Shown: positions 24,655 through 36,980, counted from the first letter of the stretch. The stretch is DNA of 64,000 nt from Mustelus asterias (GCF_964213995.1 NW_027590172.1:62001-126000), one strand, 5' to 3'. Translations and numbers: made by a program. Notes: generated by a model not told the origin, from the sequence alone.

Positions 24655-25440
24655 AAGCAAATTACTGCGGATGCTGGAATCTGAAACCAAGAGAGAAAAT
24701 GCTGGAAAATCTCAGCAGTTCTAGCAGCATTTGTAAGGATCAAAGACAACCAGAGTAAAAGGATGTTCACAATGTTCTGGACACAAATGGGTTCTCTTTA
24801 ATTCATCTGTAGCCTGTTCCTTGCCCTCTTTGTGGAACACCTCCGCTCAGTCCACAAGCATGACCCTGACCTTCCGCTTGCCATTAGAATTCACCACCTT
24901 GCTCTCACGCTCACATTTCTGTCCTCGGCCTGCTGCAATGTTCCGGAGAAGCCCAACACAAGCTGGACAAACAGCCCCTCATCTTCCGATGAGGCACTTT
25001 ACAGCCTTCTGGACTCAACGTTGAGTTCAACAACTTCACACCCTGAACTCTCTCCTCCATTTGGATTTGTTTTTTATTTGCTGAGTGTCAGTTTGCATCT
25101 TGTTTTCATGTTTTTTTGCTTCCAGACAGAGCTGTCCTTTATTCTACCATTCACACTTACTCTGGGCCAATGCTTTGTTTCTTTACGATGTGGAGATGTC
25201 GGCGTTGGACTGGGGTAAACACAGTAAGAGTTTTAACAACACCAGGTTCCTCTTGGACTTTAACCTGCTGTTGTTAAAACTTCTTATTGTTTCTTTATTA
25301 CAACCATTACCTCTCCCTTTGCCTTGGGTTCCGGGACATTTTTGTCATTTAATCTCCACCCGCCCTCTAACCAATCCCTGACTTTCTCTTTGTTCTACCT
25401 GACCCTCCCCCCTTTCTCACCAGCATCAAACCCATCACAT
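24655..25440 (+). mobile_element. Penelope-like fragments; an inverted pLTR piece of the other family is inserted at ~25188-25290
   Basis: EHLRSVHKHDPDLP GIY-YIG-like text at 24832 and TLQPSGLNVEFNNF near 25000; inverted repeat GTTTTAACAACACCAGGTT/AACCTGCTGTTGTTAAAAC. Confidence 0.65.
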
Positions 25441-26178
25441 GTCTCTGCAAGTTGCATAACAATGTGAATCCCTTCCCACACATGGAGCAGGTGAACGGCC
25501 TCTCCCTGGTGTGAACTCGCTGGTGTTTCATCACGGTTGCTGAATGTTTGAATCCCGTTCCACACACACAGCAGTTGAATGGTTTCTTCTCAGTGTGAAC
25601 TTGCTGGTGTGTCAGCAGGTTTGATGAATCACTGAATCCTCTCCCACACTCAGAGCAGGTGAATGGCTTTTCCCCTGTGTGGACCCGCTGGTGTGTCAGC
25701 AAGTGGGATGACTGAATGAATCCCTTTCCACAGTCAGAGCAATTGAACGGTCTGTCTCCAGTGTGAACTCGCTGGTGCGTCAGTAGCGTGGATGAATTAC
25801 TGAAAATTTTTCCACAAACAGGGCAGGTGAATGGCTTCTCCCCAGTGTGAACTCGCTGGTGTGCCAGCAGACGGGATGATTGAATGAATCCCTTCCCACA
25901 GTCAGAGCAGGTGAATGGACTCTCCCCATTGTGAATTCGCTGATGTCTCAGCAGTGTGGATAAATCACTAAATCCCTTCCCACACTCAGAACAGGCGAAC
26001 GGCCTCTCCCCGGTGTGAACTCGCTGGTGTGTAAGCAGAAGGGAGAATTGGCTAAATCCCTTCCCACACTGAGAGCAGGTGAATGGCCTCTCCCCAGTGT
26101 TTCTGCGTCGATGCGTTTCCAGCTTTGATGGGTAATTGAATCCCTTCTCACAGTCCCACATTTCCACTGTTTCTCCAT
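25440..26178 (-). pseudogene. C2H2 ZNF array, 9 fingers; 1-nt frameshift after the start and last finger truncated by the PLE
   Basis: MEKQWKCG (ATG 26178) is out of frame with the array because a G is missing at ~26155; the array ends at LQRH/V, joined to PLE sequence. Confidence 0.8.
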
Positions 26179-27180
26179 GGTGCGGGTGTCCTTGTGACTC
26201 TGCTGGTTTCACGATCTACTGAGGCTCGTCCACACACAGAACACAATTAATTTCTCTCCCTGATGTGAATGGTGCAATGTTTGTTCAACTGTGTTAAAGC
26301 TCTTTCCACAGTCCGTGCACTGGAACACGCTCACTCAGGTGTGTGTGTGTTTCAGTGCTTTTCCAGGCACACTGATATTTAAGATCTCCTGAAAAAGACA
26401 GAACAGACAAAAATTTCTCCTTCTAAATTGAAAGACTGATGATATTCAGGTTCCGATAAATAGAGTGAATTTGTGAGATCTTAGTGTGACATTTGGTTTG
26501 ACATTTCTGCCTGCAAATCTTCACCTTCGGATATCCTGTAAAAGGAGTTTACAAAATTCACCACTGTCAGTACAAGATAGAAATTCAGAACAGACAATTC
26601 TAGTTTCTATGGAACATTCTTTCCTCTCTCATTCCCCAAAAGCTGTGAATCTCCATCCCACACACTCTCCCTCCATTCTCACTCTGCTGTATCTAATATT
26701 CACCCTCCCAATTCCCCTGAAGGTGCTGATTGAGGCTGATTGACAGATCCATGCTCACTGCTTCCAGAACTAAGAGACTTTTACCAAGAGTCAGGACGGA
26801 CTTGTGTGGCTGAAAGGACCCCTTTGCTGGAATGACTCTATAACTGGAAGTATATAACATAGGTACAGTACAATATTACAAGAATATAAATAAGAATAAA
26901 TTACTTCATTGCAGAACCATAAATAATTTATCGAATCTGTGACAAAAAAAATCACGAGATATATCTCTGTCCTATATTAACTTACTGTCCCCTTAAATGT
27001 CAGCCATCTCCTGGGGAAAGCAGCCCTTTAATTCTGAACATTAGGAAAGAGAACATCCTCTTAACCAGACAAATCAATGTGTCAAGCTGAGGGAGCAAAG
27101 AATGTCAATGTCTTTAAGAGAGGGAGAGAGAGAGAGCTGGGCCAACCTTTCCAGAGTCTGCACCCTCTCTGGATTCACTT

Positions 27181-27511
27181 CATAGAATCATACAATCCTA
27201 TAGTGTAGAAGGAGGCCATTCGGCCCATCGAGTCTGCACCAACCACAATCCCACCCAGGCCCTATCCCCGTACCCCTGTGCATTTAACCTAACTTGTCCC
27301 CCTGGCACAAAGGGTCAATTTAACATGGCCAATCCACCTGACCCACACATCTTTTGGACTGTGGGAGGAAACCGGAGTACCCGGAGGAAACCCACGCAGA
27401 CATGGGGAGAACATGCAAACTCCACACAGACAGTGACCCAAACCAGGAATCGAACCCGAGTCCCTGACGTTGTGAGGCAGCAGTGCTAACCACTGTGCCA
27501 CCATGCCACCC
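27181..27511 (-). mobile_element. HE1-like V-SINE, CR1 tail
   Basis: Full head, V-domain and tail. Confidence 0.9.
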
Positions 27512-27512
27512 T

Positions 27513-27623
27513 AAAGTCTACTACACCTGGTATTCCCAGGAGGTCTTCCATTCAACTACTAACCAGGCCTGAGTCTGCTTAGCTTCCGAGATCAGGCGTT
27601 TTCAGACTAGTATGGTCGTAGGC
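27513..27623 (-). pseudogene. 5S rRNA pseudogene with a ~10-nt internal deletion
   Basis: GCCTACGACCATACTAGTCTGAAAACGCCTGATCTCGGAAGCTAAGCAGACTCAGGCCTGGTTAGTAGTTGAATGGAAGACCTCCTGGGAATACCAGGTGTAGTAGACTTT: A box AGCTAAGCAG and C box region present; one GATCTCG repeat lost. Confidence 0.9.
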
Positions 27624-27829
27624 ATTGGCTGATTCTTTTCACTTCCTTGAGTCTGTGTCTGAAGCTCAATCTTCATTCAGAGAGAGAGAGCGGCAGCAGC
27701 TTCGCTGGGCAGGAATGAGCAGCTGAACAAGCTCGAAATCAACCATGATTGAATGGTGGAGTGGACGCGATGGGCCGAATGGCCTTACTTCCGCTCCTAT
27801 GTCTTATGGTCTTATTGTCCACTTCCGCA

Positions 27830-28215
27830 TTCAGGCAATGGGGAGCTCTGATTGGCTGGAGGACCAGAGAACCTCTGGTCCTCCGGAGTTTCCATTGGTC
27901 AAACCCCGTTGACAGACAATGAGGGGCGGAGCCCCACGTGGGGGTGGGCGGGACTTTGTCCTCCAGCCGCGCTGAGCTGTTGTCCAATGGGAAAGGCTGG
28001 AAGAGCCGGACAGACAATGGTCAGTGCGCCGACTTTGTCCCGGGCCCCGCCCCACACCCGCACATGCGCATTCCCCCCAAACTCGCACATGCGCACCTTT
28101 GATTCACGGCCCCTTACCAGCTCTGGCCAATAGGAAGATTTGGAGGACCGGAAGGACTCTGGTCCTCCAGCCATTGAGAGCGCGGGCCTTGTGTGATTGA
28201 AGATGGAGATTCAGA
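27830..28215. promoter_or_regulatory. Bidirectional promoter of ZNF pair 2
   Basis: Multiple CCAAT/ATTGG boxes, GC boxes, E-box CACGTG, two GCACATGCGCA NRF1-like sites; bounded by a 40-bp inverted repeat. Confidence 0.75.
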
Positions 28216-28409
28216 GAGAGTCAAACTTTCTCCTGTCGTTCACATCTGTGAGTTTGACCTAAAGGAGGCCAACATCTGTGAGTTTCTCTTCTCATTCTGC
28301 GGGAAATTGGGGACTTGCAGCAACTGAAGGGAAAGGAAGTGAATCCAGGGAGGTTGCAGACTCTGGGAAGGTTGGCCCAGGTCTCTCTCTCTCTTAAAGA
28401 CATTGATAT

Positions 28410-28885
28410 AGAAACATAGAAGATAGGAGCAGGAGGAGGCCATTTGGCCCTTCGAGCCTGCTCCGCCATTCATTACAATCATGGCTGATCACCCAACTCA
28501 ATAGCCTAATCCTGCTTTTTCCCCGTAACCTGTGATCCCATTCGCCCCAAGTGCTATATCCAGCCACCTCTTGAATACATTCAATGTTTTGGCACCAACT
28601 ACTTCCTGTGGTAATAAATTCGACAGGCTCACCACTCTTTGGGTGAAGAAATGTCTACTCACCTCCGTCCTAAATGGTCTGCCCTGAATCCTCAGACTGT
28701 GACCCCCAGTTCTGGACTCCATCGGGAACATCCTCCCTGCATCTATCCTGTCTCGACCTGTTAGAATTTTATCAGTCTCTTTGAGATTCCCCCCTCATTC
28801 ATTTGAACTCCAACGAAAACAATCCTAACCGAGTCAGTCTCTCCTCATACATCAGTCCCGCGATTCCCTGAATCAGCCTGGTAAA
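28410..28885 (-). mobile_element. CR1 LINE 3' fragment in ZNF intron
   Basis: FFTQRVVSLSNLLPQEVV..FKRWLD; the paralogous inverted arm at ~27100 lacks it. Confidence 0.85.
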
Positions 28886-29559
28886 CATCCTTTGCTCCCT
28901 CAGCTTGACACATTTATTTGTCTGTCGAAAAGGATGGTCTTTTTCCTCATGTTCACATTAAAGGGCAGCTTTCCCCAGGAGATGGCTGACATTCAGGCGT
29001 ACAGTAAATTAATATAGGACAGAGATATGTCTAGTGTTATTATATGGTACTCAGATTAGATACATTCTTTATGCTTCTGTAATAAAATACATTTATTATT
29101 ATTTCATGCATTGTAATATAATGCTGCAGCGATGTTATACACTTCCAGTCATAAAGTCATTACAGCACAGAAGGAATCCATTTGGTAACTCGAGTCCAGG
29201 CTGACTCTCTGTATAACATTCCAGTCCCATTCCCACTCGATATCCCCATTCTCCTGCAAGTTTATTTCCTTCAAGTGCTCATCCACTTTCATTTGTAAAT
29301 AGAATCCATAGATATGGATGGAGATTTACAACTTTTTGGGAATGAAATAGGAAAGAATGTTCCAGAGAAACTAGAATTGTCTGCTCTGAATTTCTATCCT
29401 ATACTGACTGTGATGACTTTTGCAAACTCATTTCACAGGATTTTGAACGAGGAATCACAGGCAAAAATCTCAACCGCCACATCTAGAAAGAGTCATATTC
29501 CTTGGGATCTGAATATCTTGTAATATGGAACTGTAGCTACGTTATATATTTCCAGACGT

Positions 29560-29960
29560 CTCTTCCCTCAGAGGGTTGTTAGTCTTTTGGATTTCTCTTC
29601 CACAGGGACCAGTGGAGGCTGAGGATCATTGAATATATCCCAGTTAGACAGATCTTTGACTGACAAGGGTTATGGGGAACAGACAAGAAGATGGAGCAGA
29701 AGCTAATACGTGGGGGGATTTCTTCACCCAAGGATGTGGTAAAGATTTGGAATTCTCAACCCCTGAGGACAGTGAAGCCTCAGTCATCAACTATTTTCAA
29801 GAGAGAGATTGATTGGTTTCTAGATATTGAGGATATCAAGGGATATGGGTTTAGTGTGGGGAGAATGATGCCGAGGTAGATGAACGAATTATCTCATTGA
29901 ATAGTTTAAAAGGCTCGATGGACCAAATGGCCGACTGCAGCTCCTATTTGTTATGGTCTC
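29560..29960 (+). mobile_element. Two CR1 3' fragments
   Basis: VVKIWNS..IFKREIDWFLD plus hairpin tail. Confidence 0.7.
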
Positions 29961-30554
29961 TGTGTCCAGGACAGGAAGCAGTGAGCATGGATCTGTCAAT
30001 CAGCCTCAATCAGCACCTTCAGGAGAATTGGGAGGGTGAATATTAGATACAGCAGAGTGAGAATGGAGGGAGAGTGTGTGGGATGGAGATTCACAATGTT
30101 TTGGGACTGAAATAGGAAAGAATGTTCCATAGAAACTAGAATTGTCTGTTCTGAATTTCCATCCTGTACTGACACTGATGACTTTTGTAAACTTGTTTCA
30201 CAGGATACTGAAAGAGGAATCACAGGCCGAAATCTCAAACGTCACGTCTAGATCTGACAGAGTCATATTCCTTGGGAGCTGAATATCATCGGCCTTTGAA
30301 TCTAGAAGGAGAAATTATTGTCCAGTCTGTTGATTTGAAAAGATTCCAAACATCAGTGTGACTGGAAAAGCACCAACACGCTGCCACACTCAAGTGAGAG
30401 TGTTCCAGTGCATGGACTAAAGAGCTTTAACCAGTTACACAGCCTGAATAAATATCACACCATTCACAGCGGGGAGAGACTGTACTCGTGTTCTGTGTGT
30501 GGACGAGGCTTCAACTGATTGTCCACCCAAGAGAACGGCAAGGACACCTGCACC

Positions 30555-31466
30555 ATGGAGAAACCATGGAAATGTGGGGACTGTGGGAAGGGATACAGAG
30601 CCCCATCTCTGCTGGAAGCTCATCGGCGCAGCCACACTGGGGAGAGGCCATTCACCTGCTCTCAGTGTGGGAAGGGATTCACTGAGTCATCCACCCTGCA
30701 GAGACATCAGCGAGTTCACACTGGGGAGAGACCATTCACCTGCTCTCAGTGTGGGAAGGGATTCACTCGATCATCCAACCTGCAGTCACACCAGCGAGTT
30801 CACACTGGGGAGAGACCGTTCACCTGCTCTCAGTGCGGGGAGGGATTCACTCTGTCATCCAGCCTGCAGAGACATCAGCGAGTTCACACTGGGGAGAGAC
30901 CATTCACCTGCTCTCAGTGTGGGAAGGGATTCACTCAATCATCCTACCTGCAGTCACACCAGCGAGTTCACACTGGGGAGAGACCATTCAGCTGCTCTCA
31001 ATGTGGGAAGGGATTCACTTGTTCATCCCACCTGCGGATGCATCAGCGAGTTCACACTGGGGAGAGGCCATTCACCTGCTCTCAGTGTGGGGAGGGATTC
31101 ATTCAGTCATCCAGCCTGCAGACACACCAGCGAATTCACACTGGGGAGAGGCCATTCACCTGTTCTCAGTGTGGGAAGGGATTCATTTGTTCATCCCACC
31201 TGCGGAGGCACCAGCGAGTTCACACGGGGGAGAGACCATTCACCTGTTCTCAGTGTGGGAAGGGATTCACTTGTTCATCCAACCTGCAGGTACACGAGCG
31301 AGTTCACACTGGGGAGAGACCGTTCACCTGCTCTCAGTGTGGGAAGGGATTCACTTGGGTATCCAACCTGCGGGCACACCAGCGAGTTCACACTGGGGAG
31401 AGGCCATTCACCTGCTCTCATTGTGGGAAGGGATTCACTTGTTCATCCCACCTGCACCCAGTGTGA
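30555..31466 (+). CDS. C2H2 ZNF protein with 10 complete, highly homogenised fingers; degenerate fingers continue to ~31790
   Basis: MEKPWKC ATG 30555; near-identical 84-bp units; deletion and frameshift at ~31457; downstream fingers contain stops. Confidence 0.75.
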   Translation: MEKPWKCGDCGKGYRAPSLLEAHRRSHTGERPFTCSQCGKGFTESSTLQRHQRVHTGERPFTCSQCGKGFTRSSNLQSHQRVHTGERPFTCSQCGEGFTLSSSLQRHQRVHTGERPFTCSQCGKGFTQSSYLQSHQRVHTGERPFSCSQCGKGFTCSSHLRMHQRVHTGERPFTCSQCGEGFIQSSSLQTHQRIHTGERPFTCSQCGKGFICSSHLRRHQRVHTGERPFTCSQCGKGFTCSSNLQVHERVHTGERPFTCSQCGKGFTWVSNLRAHQRVHTGERPFTCSHCGKGFTCSSHLHPV

Positions 31467-32099
31467 GAAGAGATTCGCTGACTCATCCAACCCAGCAATA
31501 CACTGGCGAACTCACAAAGAGGAGAGGCCATTCACCTGCTCCCAGAGTGGAAAGGGATTTAATCGTCATCCAAACTAGTTGTACACCAGCGAGTTCACAC
31601 TGGAGAGAGGCCTTTTACCTACTGTGTGTGTGGCAAGAGATTCATTGATTCATCCAGCCTAGCAATACACCAGCGAATTCACAAAGGGGAGAGGCCATTC
31701 ACTTGCTCCCGGTGTGGGAAGGGATATGTTACCTCATCCACTCTTCTGAGACACCAGTGAATTCACAAGGAACTATTGTGATTGTATTTTCCTGTTGAGC
31801 ATATTCAAACTAAACCATGTTCCTTTGGGTCTGTTTCTGCTGAATTGAAAAATAACTTCAGCTCTGTTTCAGTGTTAATATAGTTGGTTTGAGAAGAGGA
31901 GGATTTGGGGTCAGGAAACTTGCACAAAGCATCAGATTATCTGAACAGCAGAGAATTTTGTACATGGAAGGAAACAACTCCGTTCTCAATCACATTAGGG
32001 AGAAGCCATGCAACTGTGGAGACTGAAGTGATTGGTGGACCATTTTTTATGGTTTTCTAATTCAACACATTTCTATTTTTATTAGTTTACTATCATATT

Positions 32100-32387
32100 A
32101 TGGTGAGCACTGCTGCCTCACAGCGCCAAGGACTCGGGTTTGATTCCTGGCTTGGGTCACTGTCTGTGTGGAGTTTGCACATTCTCCCCGTGTCTGCATG
32201 GGTTTCCTCCGGTGCTCCAGTTTCCTCCCAGTCGGAAAGACATGCTGGTTCGGTGCATCGGCCATGCTAAATTCTCCCTCTGTGTATCTGAATAGGCACC
32301 GGAGTGTGGCAACTCGGGGATTTTCAGTAACTTCATTGCTGTGTTAATGTAAGCCTACTTGTGACACTAATCAATAAACTTAAACTA
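32100..32387 (+). mobile_element. V-SINE, GTGACACTAAT-tail subfamily
   Basis: V-domain and tail. Confidence 0.85.
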
Positions 32388-32479
32388 TATTACATGTAGC
32401 TACGCTGTATCTTTCCAGTCAGAGTCATTACAGCTCAGAAGGAATGCATTGGGTTTCTCAAACCTATTTGACTCTTTGT

Positions 32480-32900
32480 AGACGAGTTACACGGCCTGAA
32501 AAAAACACCACAACATGCAGCGTGGGGAGAAACTGTAGACACGTTCTGTATGTGGACGAAGCTTCAACCTGGAGAGACACAAGGACTCTGGCACCACAGA
32601 GAAACTGTGGAAATGGGAGGATTGTGGGAAGGGATTCAATTACCCATCTGCACTGAAAACTCATCAATGCAGTCACACTGGGGTAGAGGCTGTTCAGTCG
32701 TGCTGACTGTGGGAAGGGATTCACTCAGTCATCTGCTCTGCAGAAACAGCAAGTTCACACTGGAGAGAGACCATTCACCTGCTCTGAGTTTGGGAAAGGA
32801 TTCACTGAGTCATCATCTGTGGAGAAACCAGAGAGTTCATCTAGGTGAGAGGCCATTTACTGGCACTCAGTGTGGGAGCAAAAGAATGATTCAACCCCTG
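32480..32900 (+). pseudogene. Degraded C2H2 ZNF exon fragment
   Basis: Frameshifted finger and linker sequence (GGGAAGGGATTCAATTACCCATCT.., CACACTGGAGAGAGACCATTCACCTGC). Confidence 0.75.
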
Positions 32901-33357
32901 TTGAGACATTATGGCAATCACTCAGATTAGACCCATTATCTGCTCCAACTCTGGGTGTTAACTAAATTATTTGAGATTAAATATATACAAATGGAGGGCA
33001 TTGATTGGACGAGTGCAAATAAAGAGACACTGTCACAGAGTGGAGTTGGGAGGTATGTACTTGTAATGTTTTACTCTGCAAATAAATCTATTCCAAATAA
33101 AGGTTAGCTTCAGTTTCTTCCTTCACCATAATGCTGTCAGGATTATAACATGGTAACAGGGAATGTTTGTCTCATGGTGAATTTTAAAAACTAAAGGAAA
33201 GTATATTTCAGGCAGGAGCTTACAATCCCAGCAGTTTTTGTGAGAAATGGTTGAAAGCCAGTGGGAATTGTCAGGGTCTGATTCCCCGCTGATGTTCTTG
33301 AAGTCTGAACCATCCGATCAATGTAAGAATGAGGTGGAGATGTGGACACGGGTTCAA

Positions 33358-33697
33358 TCATAGAAACCCTACAGTGCAGAAAGAGGCCATTTGGCCCATC
33401 GAGTTTGCACCGACCACAATCCCACCCAGGCCCTACCCCCTTGTCCCTACATATTTATCCACTAATCCCTCTAACCTACACATCTCGGGACACTAAGGGG
33501 CAATTTTAGCATGGCCAATTAACCTAACCCGCACATCTTTGGACTGTGGGAGGAAACCAGAGAACCCGGAGGAAACGCACGCAGACACGAGGAGAATGTG
33601 CAAACTCCACACAGACAGTGACCCGAGCCGGGAATCGAACCCAGGTCCCTGGAGCTGTGAAGCAGCAGTGCTAACCACTGTGCTACCGTGCTACCCC
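33358..33697 (-). mobile_element. HE1-like V-SINE, CR1 tail
   Basis: Near-identical to 9274-9613. Confidence 0.9.
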
Positions 33698-33699
33698 AG

Positions 33700-35760
33700 G
33701 TTACATTCCCGACCAAGGAGAAAACAAGGTCTGGCCTTGGCACTGTCACTTCTTGACAAAAAGATCAGAAGCAAAGTATTTTGTGAGCTGGATGTCCATC
33801 AGTTGGATACTGATGAAGGTTTGAATCTTTTATAAAGATTCATTGAGATTTACAAGATAGATGATCTATTGGTTGCCTGTGAAGCATAATTGGACTTTGA
33901 CAGGTTTCGTGTGAGGGTGAAAGCATCTTTAGTGTGTCTGGATATCGCAACAAAAGACAGGATTGGAACAGCACTAATAGGTGATTGAACCCCAGCAATG
34001 ACTGGGGAACTATTAACAGGTGTTTCAGGTCTGAATGAAAACATCATCGTGTGATAAACTTTCACAGTGAGACACAACACAGAGAATTCTGAGGCTGAAC
34101 ACAATGATGATGGTTATCACTCTGAAGGAATTGGAATATCAGAAGGAATTTGGTCCAGTGATGAGTGTGTTAGTCACAGACTCAGTCACCTGTTCTGTGT
34201 TTGATACATTCAAGTATATGAGTTGGGAGCAAGCACTGGCCACTCAGCCCCTCGAGTCTGCTCTGTCGTTCAGTAAGATAATGGCTGATCTGATTGTAAC
34301 CTCAACCCCACATTCCCACTTACCCCGTTAACCTTTCACTCCCTTGTTAATCAAGAATCTATCTCGCTCTGCCTTCAAAATATTCAATGGTGATTCTTAC
34401 AGCAACTTTTGAGGAAGAGTTCCAGGAACTGTCAACGCTCTGGGGAAAAAAAAGTTTCCTCATCTCTGCTTTAAATGAACTTATTTTAAACAGTTACCCC
34501 TTGTTCTGGATTCTCCTACTAGAGGAAACATGCCCTCCACATCCACCCTGTCAAAATGCCTCAGGATCTTATATGTTTCAGTTAAGTTGCCTCTTACTGT
34601 TCTAAACTCCAGGGGACAAAACCCTCACCTGTCTAACCTTGCCTCATTCCACAGTGGCTGCACCTCAACAGTGTGTGGATCAGATTGAAGATGTTACCAA
34701 GATTCACCTCATGGTGAAGAGTGACACAAGGCTAAGGAGTATGAAAGGTTTCCAGTTGGTGATATCAATAGATTGAAGCCACTAAAGAGAGTGTTGATTC
34801 CATGTAAAGTAGCTGGAGTCAGCACTCCAGGACTGGTGTAGTCTGGTGTGTCTGACAGTGAACCTGCTCAGTTTAATGTTGAGTGAACCTTTCATGAAAA
34901 AGGCACAAATGCAACTGGACATGGAACAAGGAATGATTGTTTTATTTGGAAAGTCAGTAGATCTGCAGTTTACTCAATCAGGACATTATCGTATCCTCTT
35001 AACAAAACCTGATGTTTCTAATCATAGGGTTTGAGAAGGATTCGTGACATCAGGCGAAGAGAATCAGAAAAAAATTACAAATTGTCTTAAAGCTGCACAA
35101 ACAATTTGCTCGTCCTATCGAACAAAGATTAAAAATCCTGCGACAAGATGCAGGGCTGGTTGGTGAAGAGTATACGAGACTCAGAACAGATTAGTACAAA
35201 GTATCGGACAAAGCGATTACATCCTTCCCTTGGCTCATGAAGAAGTTGCTGTGCATCTAAAGGTATGAGACAAAGACAGAATTATTTTAATTCTACATTT
35301 TATCGATATGGTAACCCAACTTAGTCTTTCTCCAATAATACATGGTAAGGACAAAAGGGTGATTCTAGAACAAGTCACTGAGAAGTGGACAGGGACTGGA
35401 CCTGGAGCACCAGCTAGGTTTCTGACTGATAATGGAGGGGAATTTGTTAATGATGAGTTTGGAGACGTGTGTTAAAACATGAACATTCTGGTCAGGAACA
35501 CGGCAGCTGAAAGTCCTTTCAGTGATGGTCTCTGTGAAAGGAATCACACGGTGATCGATGAAATGCTGCAGAAAATCTCAGCTGATCAGCCAAACTGCAA
35601 GTTGATACCTGCACTGGCCTGGACGGTTCATGTAAAGAATTCACTTCAGGTGGTTGGAGAGTATAATCCCTGTTAATTGGTTTGGGAGAAATCCCAAATT
35701 ACCCTCTGTGCCGGGTGATAAACCTGCTTTCGAAGGGACGACAATTAGTACAATTTTTAT
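33700..35760 (+). mobile_element. Ty1/Copia (GalEa-like) retrotransposon relic: gag, protease, integrase; interrupted by a CR1 piece at 34215-34650 (-)
   Basis: gag RKQGLALALSL..IRSKVFCELD..DEGLNLL; protease-like SGCTSTVCG (~34655); KLHKQF; integrase FLTDNGGEFVNDEF..NTAAESPFSDGLCERNH..FGRNPKLP. Integrase follows protease directly. Confidence 0.75.
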
Positions 35761-36294
35761 TCATTTATTATCGAATTGTTTCACTAAAATAATTGTTCGA
35801 GCTAAGAAATTGTGGATCCGAGAAGAGCGGTGTCTTATAATGTAATACTTTGTACAAAATAAAGACCATCATACATTTCTTCTACGATTTGTTTTGAAAT
35901 ATTGTTGTGTGAGTTGTTACAATTTGGGTTGGAAACATTAACGTTTCAAGAGAAATGTAAACACCCAGCGATTAACTGGAAAAATTACATCAGAAGATTC
36001 CAGGTTTTTAATCAAAAACAAACTTTCCTTCATATAAAATAGAAATATTAATAATCAGCATGACCAATTATATTTTGTGAAGATTTATGCTGTAAACTCA
36101 GTTCTAATTTTCGACCCCTCTTTAGCTCCGAAGCGTCACGTGGACTCAAAACATGAATCCTATTTTCACTCACCACAGATGCTGTCAGACCTGAGTTTTT
36201 GCAGTATTTTTCAGCTTTTGTTTGTAGTTTTTACCCTCCTCCCTGCGCGCGCGCACGCACACGCACAAGTTCCCTTATATTTAACAATTTACAA

Positions 36295-36450
36295 ACATAG
36301 AAACTAGAGGCAGGAATAGGTCATTTGGCCCTTTGAACCTGCTCCATTTATCGTGACCATGGCTGATCATCGAATTCAGTATCCTGATCCCCCCCTGTCT
36401 CCCATATCCCTTGACCCTTTTAGACCCAAGAGTTTTATCTAATTTCTTCT
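36295..36450 (-). mobile_element. CR1 3' tail fragment
   Basis: GGAGCAGGTTCAAAGGGCCAAATGACCTATTCCTGCC..TTCTATGTT tail. Confidence 0.65.
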
Positions 36451-36980
36451 TCAAGGTTCATTCACTTCTGTTCCTGGAACCATCCCAAAGGAATGTCAAA
36501 GCTCTCCAAGATTCACTTCAATTCTCCTCACTTTTTCAGCTATTCTCCAAGGTTTTATGGGGATCCTTCCATTAGCTTTCAAATAAGTAACTTTCCTTTA
36601 AGACCTCAAAACTGTGGCCTCCCCAGTTCAAGCATGGGCTTCACTGCCTTCTCCCTGAGGGATTTAAACATTGGGAACACCCCTGATTCCTTATGACCCT
36701 CTCGGCTCCTGCTCCCATAGCTGGTTCACAGCTCCTGGTCCCACAGTTGACGGTTTCCAAGCTAACTGCAGACTGCCTGCTTTCTGTGAGAAACACCCAG
36801 AATTCCAATCAAGGCTCGACCCTGAATCACTTATCCCCATGGTAACAGAGACCAATTGGGATGTCCAATAGATGTTTAAAATAATTAACTTGCAATTTCA
36901 AAACCAAACATGTGACCCTGAGGTCTGCCTGATGAGTTCACCTCTGTAACAAAGGCAGGACGATAAGTGTCAGACCCAAT

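Noticed and set aside
30499-31648. Three overlapping long ORFs in all plus frames
   Set aside because: By-product of a homogenised 84-bp unit that lacks stops in the shifted frames; typical C2H2 off-frame text ([16 protein letters not shown]).
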